From NCBI GenBank assembly GCA_965222155.1, contig CBDCTH010000012.1:64001-128000 (forward strand): DNA of 64,000 nucleotides. Reading direction: 5' to 3'. This DNA comes from Gammaproteobacteria bacterium. Its GTDB lineage: Bacteria > Pseudomonadota > Gammaproteobacteria > Eutrophobiales > Eutrophobiaceae. The position numbers and the translations under genes are program-made. This document shows positions 63,011 to 64,000 of the stretch, piece after piece (positions within the stretch are counted from its first letter, which is position 1; every line of letters begins with the position of its first letter). The notes under the pieces are model-generated. The model had not been told where the DNA came from, ran no database searches, and worked only from the letters and a program-made list of their open reading frames with translations.

Positions 63011-63039
63011 AAGGGGACAGATTTTAAATCTGTCCCCTT
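63011..63039. repeat. AAGGGGACAGATTTTAAATCTGTCCCCTT palindrome
   Basis: Between the convergent htpG and amidohydrolase genes. Confidence 0.9.
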
Positions 63040-63045
63040 ATCCGA

Positions 63046-64000
63046 TTAAAGATTGAAAAATTCGACGGCATTTCCGCCTGACAATCTGGATTTTGTCTCA
63101 GCGCTGAATGCGTTCGAGTTTTTGATCAGGGAACCGATTCTCTGTTCTCCCAGAGGGAACGGATAGTCCGAACCCAGCATGACGCGATCCTCCCCCATTA
63201 CGCCCACCAGCAGAGCCAGCGCTTTTTCATCAAATACGGCCGAATCCGTAAAAAAACGGTCAGTGTAATGGGAAGGTGGGTGGGGGCAATCCTCCCGGAC
63301 GATATCCCGGTTGTTCCAGGCATTTTCCACGCGGCCGAGTAAAAAGGCGAAGCCGCCGCCGCCGTGGGCAAAGCAGATGCGCAATGTATCCGGCAGGCGT
63401 TCGAATGCGCCCGATAAAATCAGGGAAAGAATGGATAATTGTGTTTCTGCCGGCATCGCCACCAGCCATTGCAACATGTATTTCGGCATGCGCTCCCGCG
63501 CCATCATGTCCCACGGATGAACCAGCACGGGTGCGCGTTCAACGGCGCAGTGCTGCAGGAAGGTAATCAGCCCCTCATCGTCCAGGTTCCTGAGTTCAAC
63601 ATGGTTGCCGATTTGTACCCCCAGGTGTCCCGCTTCCATGGCCCGGCTGACCTCTTTACAGGATGCATCGATATCCTGTAGCGGTACCTGACACAGTGCT
63701 TTTAACCGGTTGGAATTGTACTTGCATATCTCCAGAGCCGTGTCGTTGAACAGTCTGGCGCACTCCAGCGCCTGGTGCGCCGGTTTTTCGTAGGCAAATA
63801 ACAGGGGGGTTGCGCACATAACCTGGATATCTATGCCGTCACGGTCCATTTCTTCCAGTCTGAGTCCGGGGTTCCAGCAAGCCTCATATACCGGTCGATA
63901 GTCTTTATTACCCAGAGTGATCATGCCCTTGCCGGGCTCTGTGTGGCGAAAACCCGGCCACTCCCCGCCAAAACGTGCGGATAAATCAGGAATATTGTCC
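63046..64000 (-). CDS. amidohydrolase_2 family, ACMSD (aminocarboxymuconate-semialdehyde decarboxylase)-like; 5'-partial
   Basis: [34 protein letters not shown]; frame runs off the window edge. Confidence 0.88.
   Translation of the reverse strand, partial: DNIPDLSARFGGEWPGFRHTEPGKGMITLGNKDYRPVYEACWNPGLRLEEMDRDGIDIQVMCATPLLFAYEKPAHQALECARLFNDTALEICKYNSNRLKALCQVPLQDIDASCKEVSRAMEAGHLGVQIGNHVELRNLDDEGLITFLQHCAVERAPVLVHPWDMMARERMPKYMLQWLVAMPAETQLSILSLILSGAFERLPDTLRICFAHGGGGFAFLLGRVENAWNNRDIVREDCPHPPSHYTDRFFTDSAVFDEKALALLVGVMGEDRVMLGSDYPFPLGEQRIGSLIKNSNAFSAETKSRLSGGNAVEFFNL

Overview
A gammaproteobacterial-type chromosome segment in which intact housekeeping blocks alternate with decaying accessory DNA. 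The housekeeping blocks are trpA-accD-folC-dedD-cvpA-purF; phaA-phaR; sucA-sucB-lpdA; gltA-mdh-rppH; dps; mpl-nth; nhaA-fdxA-mutS; and htpG. The accessory DNA includes a WD40-caspase protein, FG-GAP/RTX proteins, many toxin-antitoxin loci, a type IIG restriction-modification gene, an XRE-NTPase and several nonsense or internally deleted pseudogenes. The most striking item is a complete 2.43-kb IS1595-family transposon (38798-41224; terminal inverted repeats, 8-bp TSD ATTTAAAT) inserted in the centre of a dispersed GGGGACAGATTTAAATCTGTCCCC palindrome. It carries a tRNA gene with a leucine-type body but an alanine (CGC) anticodon, along with hicBA, a 48-aa AT-hook-like peptide and an unknown ORF. 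Also present are three ISAs1-type MITEs with 10-bp TSDs, a 5.5-kb integrase-less insertion bounded by identical 38-bp direct repeats, about 112-bp inverted repeats bracketing a 15-kb defence-rich region, and an orphan RnfE homologue lacking both Fe-S cysteines. All product calls come from motif recognition by eye; no database search was run.
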